Below, one piece after another: positions 62,407 through 64,000 of a stretch of 64,000 nucleotides of DNA. The translations under genes and the position numbers were made by a program. Each line of letters starts with the position of its first letter. The first letter of the stretch is position 1. The stretch is taken from positions 67,580,001-67,644,000 of the forward strand of contig NC_043008.1 in assembly GCF_006345805.1 (NCBI RefSeq), given 5' to 3'. Below the pieces are notes generated by a model, which was not told where the DNA came from, made no database searches, and was given only the letters and a program-made list of their open reading frames with translations. Origin of the DNA: Octopus sinensis. Its lineage: Eukaryota.

Positions 62407-62438
<32 letters not shown>

Positions 62439-62589
62439 ATGAGGATACATGTGCTAATATGCATGTGTGTGTGTATTCATGTGTGTATATAAATGTGTGT
62501 GTGTATATGTGCAGAAATGTGTGAGTATGCATGTGTGTAGTATGTGTGAGTATGCATGTGTGTAGTATGTGTATACATGTGTGTGTGCA

Positions 62590-62624
<35 letters not shown>

Positions 62625-64000
62625 CTTAGCCATTAGACATTAATAACATGAGACTGAAATAAATACTGAAATACTGGTGGGGGTGGTCAGTAGGACTGAC
62701 AAAAACCTGCAACAACGTGTCCCCCAGCATGGCCACAGTCCAATGACTGCAATCAGCAGAAAAAAAAAATGGAATGATGAAAGAATGAAGTCAAATATAA
62801 ATATTGCATAAATAGATTTTAGATTTTATTTCAAAGTGTAATATTTACAAGAAATTTTTGAAGATTTTTGCACCAAAAAATAAAAAATCTGAATGAAGGG
62901 TTCATAATGTAGAGAATGTTTCAATAAATATTGGTTATGGTAAGTAAAAAGGAATCAGACTTTTTTTGCACCGGTAAACAGTTTGTCTTAGTATTTAAAC
63001 AATACTCAAAGTCTTCAAAAGAGAATGTCATCATCATTATCACCATCATGATCATCATCCACAAGTGTAAACTTGTGGGTTGGTTTGGGGGTGGGGGGAT
63101 AGGGGATGGTGTGGGGTAGGGGCTGCTTAGTGCTTAAAGTCATCGTTCAGATTGCAAAATGCCAACCAGATTTGACTTCAGGAATATAAAAAAAAATTAT
63201 AAATAAATAAATATACATGTATTTGGGCCCCCAACTGTTTTCTTCCTGTATTTTTTTTTTAGCTTTTTTTTTCGCAAATTGTAGACATTTTATTGAAATT
63301 CAAACGAGTTATTTTAGAAAATGCTTTGCTGTTCTTTGTTTCAATTAGTGTATATAAATATAAACCCTTCATCAATATAACCTGTAATAAAGTAAGGGTT
63401 CTTTGGAGTTGTGGGCAGTTGTGTTTAGTATTCTCCAATTTGGGATGAGAGAAAATGAAAACAATAAGAAATTTTCAAAAATCCAAAAATTGGGCAGATT
63501 TGCATCTCTGATAGTCTTGGGTCTTGATCATCTCCTAAAGTCTGAGCAAAGAAACAGTAAATGGTAAATAATGGTAAATAAGGAGATGAAGGATCATTTT
63601 GGTTTATCAGTAGTGAAGGGACTAGATAACTGATTTGGCTTTCACATATCTGACTTACATTTAGGGGTTAAGGGTTAAGGGATGAGGAACAGGAGAAAAA
63701 GGAGAAGAAGAACCTGTATCACAGATGCAGTTGTCATTTCTTTTTTGTTTTGTATATATATATTTTTAATGCTTTCATTTCATTGTAATTCTGTTTCCTT
63801 ATCCACAAATGTTCATTATTTGATCATTTCTGTTCTCTTCATTTTCATTCGGTTTGTCTGTATTAATATTGCACCATCTTTAAACTTCTCTGAAGCTCAG
63901 CTTTCCATTTACTTTAATCTATAAATTATTCAATTTTAGGCTTTCTGGAAGTTTGAGGTTTGTCATTGTTTTTTTTACATGGATGTGTATATGGATGTGT

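Noticed and set aside
63940-63957. Possible 18-nt micro-exon (ttttag|...|gtttgt)
   Set aside because: Too short to distinguish from chance, with no partner exons in the window.

Overview
Eukaryotic, AT-rich, microsatellite- and transposon-dense genomic DNA. The SINE families look like those of octopus/coleoid cephalopods (my recollection, no database search). The main host gene is not visible in the ORF track: a spliced, intact 224-aa UreG-like G3E P-loop GTPase on + (six coding exons, 22558-34048, plus a probable TATA/CCAAT promoter and non-coding exon near 19.9-20.2 kb). It keeps the GTP-binding motifs but has lost the nickel-binding His of the CPH motif (CPL here) and has no N-terminal His-rich tract. 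It lies in the first unit (~12987-35098) of a ~20-22 kb tandem duplication. The second unit (~35099-55095) lacks every exon of the gene, uniquely carries a Helitron holding nested Tx1/L1-like LINEs and an inverted telomere-like repeat, and retains a Gypsy LTR element that unit 1 has nearly lost. The left end holds what look like the last exons of a single-pass membrane protein gene (6766-6880, 8717-8786). The rest is decayed Penelope-like elements (some with hammerhead ribozyme motifs and fold-back ends), mariners, R4/Dong-, RTE- and CR1-like LINE remnants, tRNA-derived SINEs, MITEs and simple repeats. All coordinates were counted by hand; boundaries of decayed repeats are approximate.
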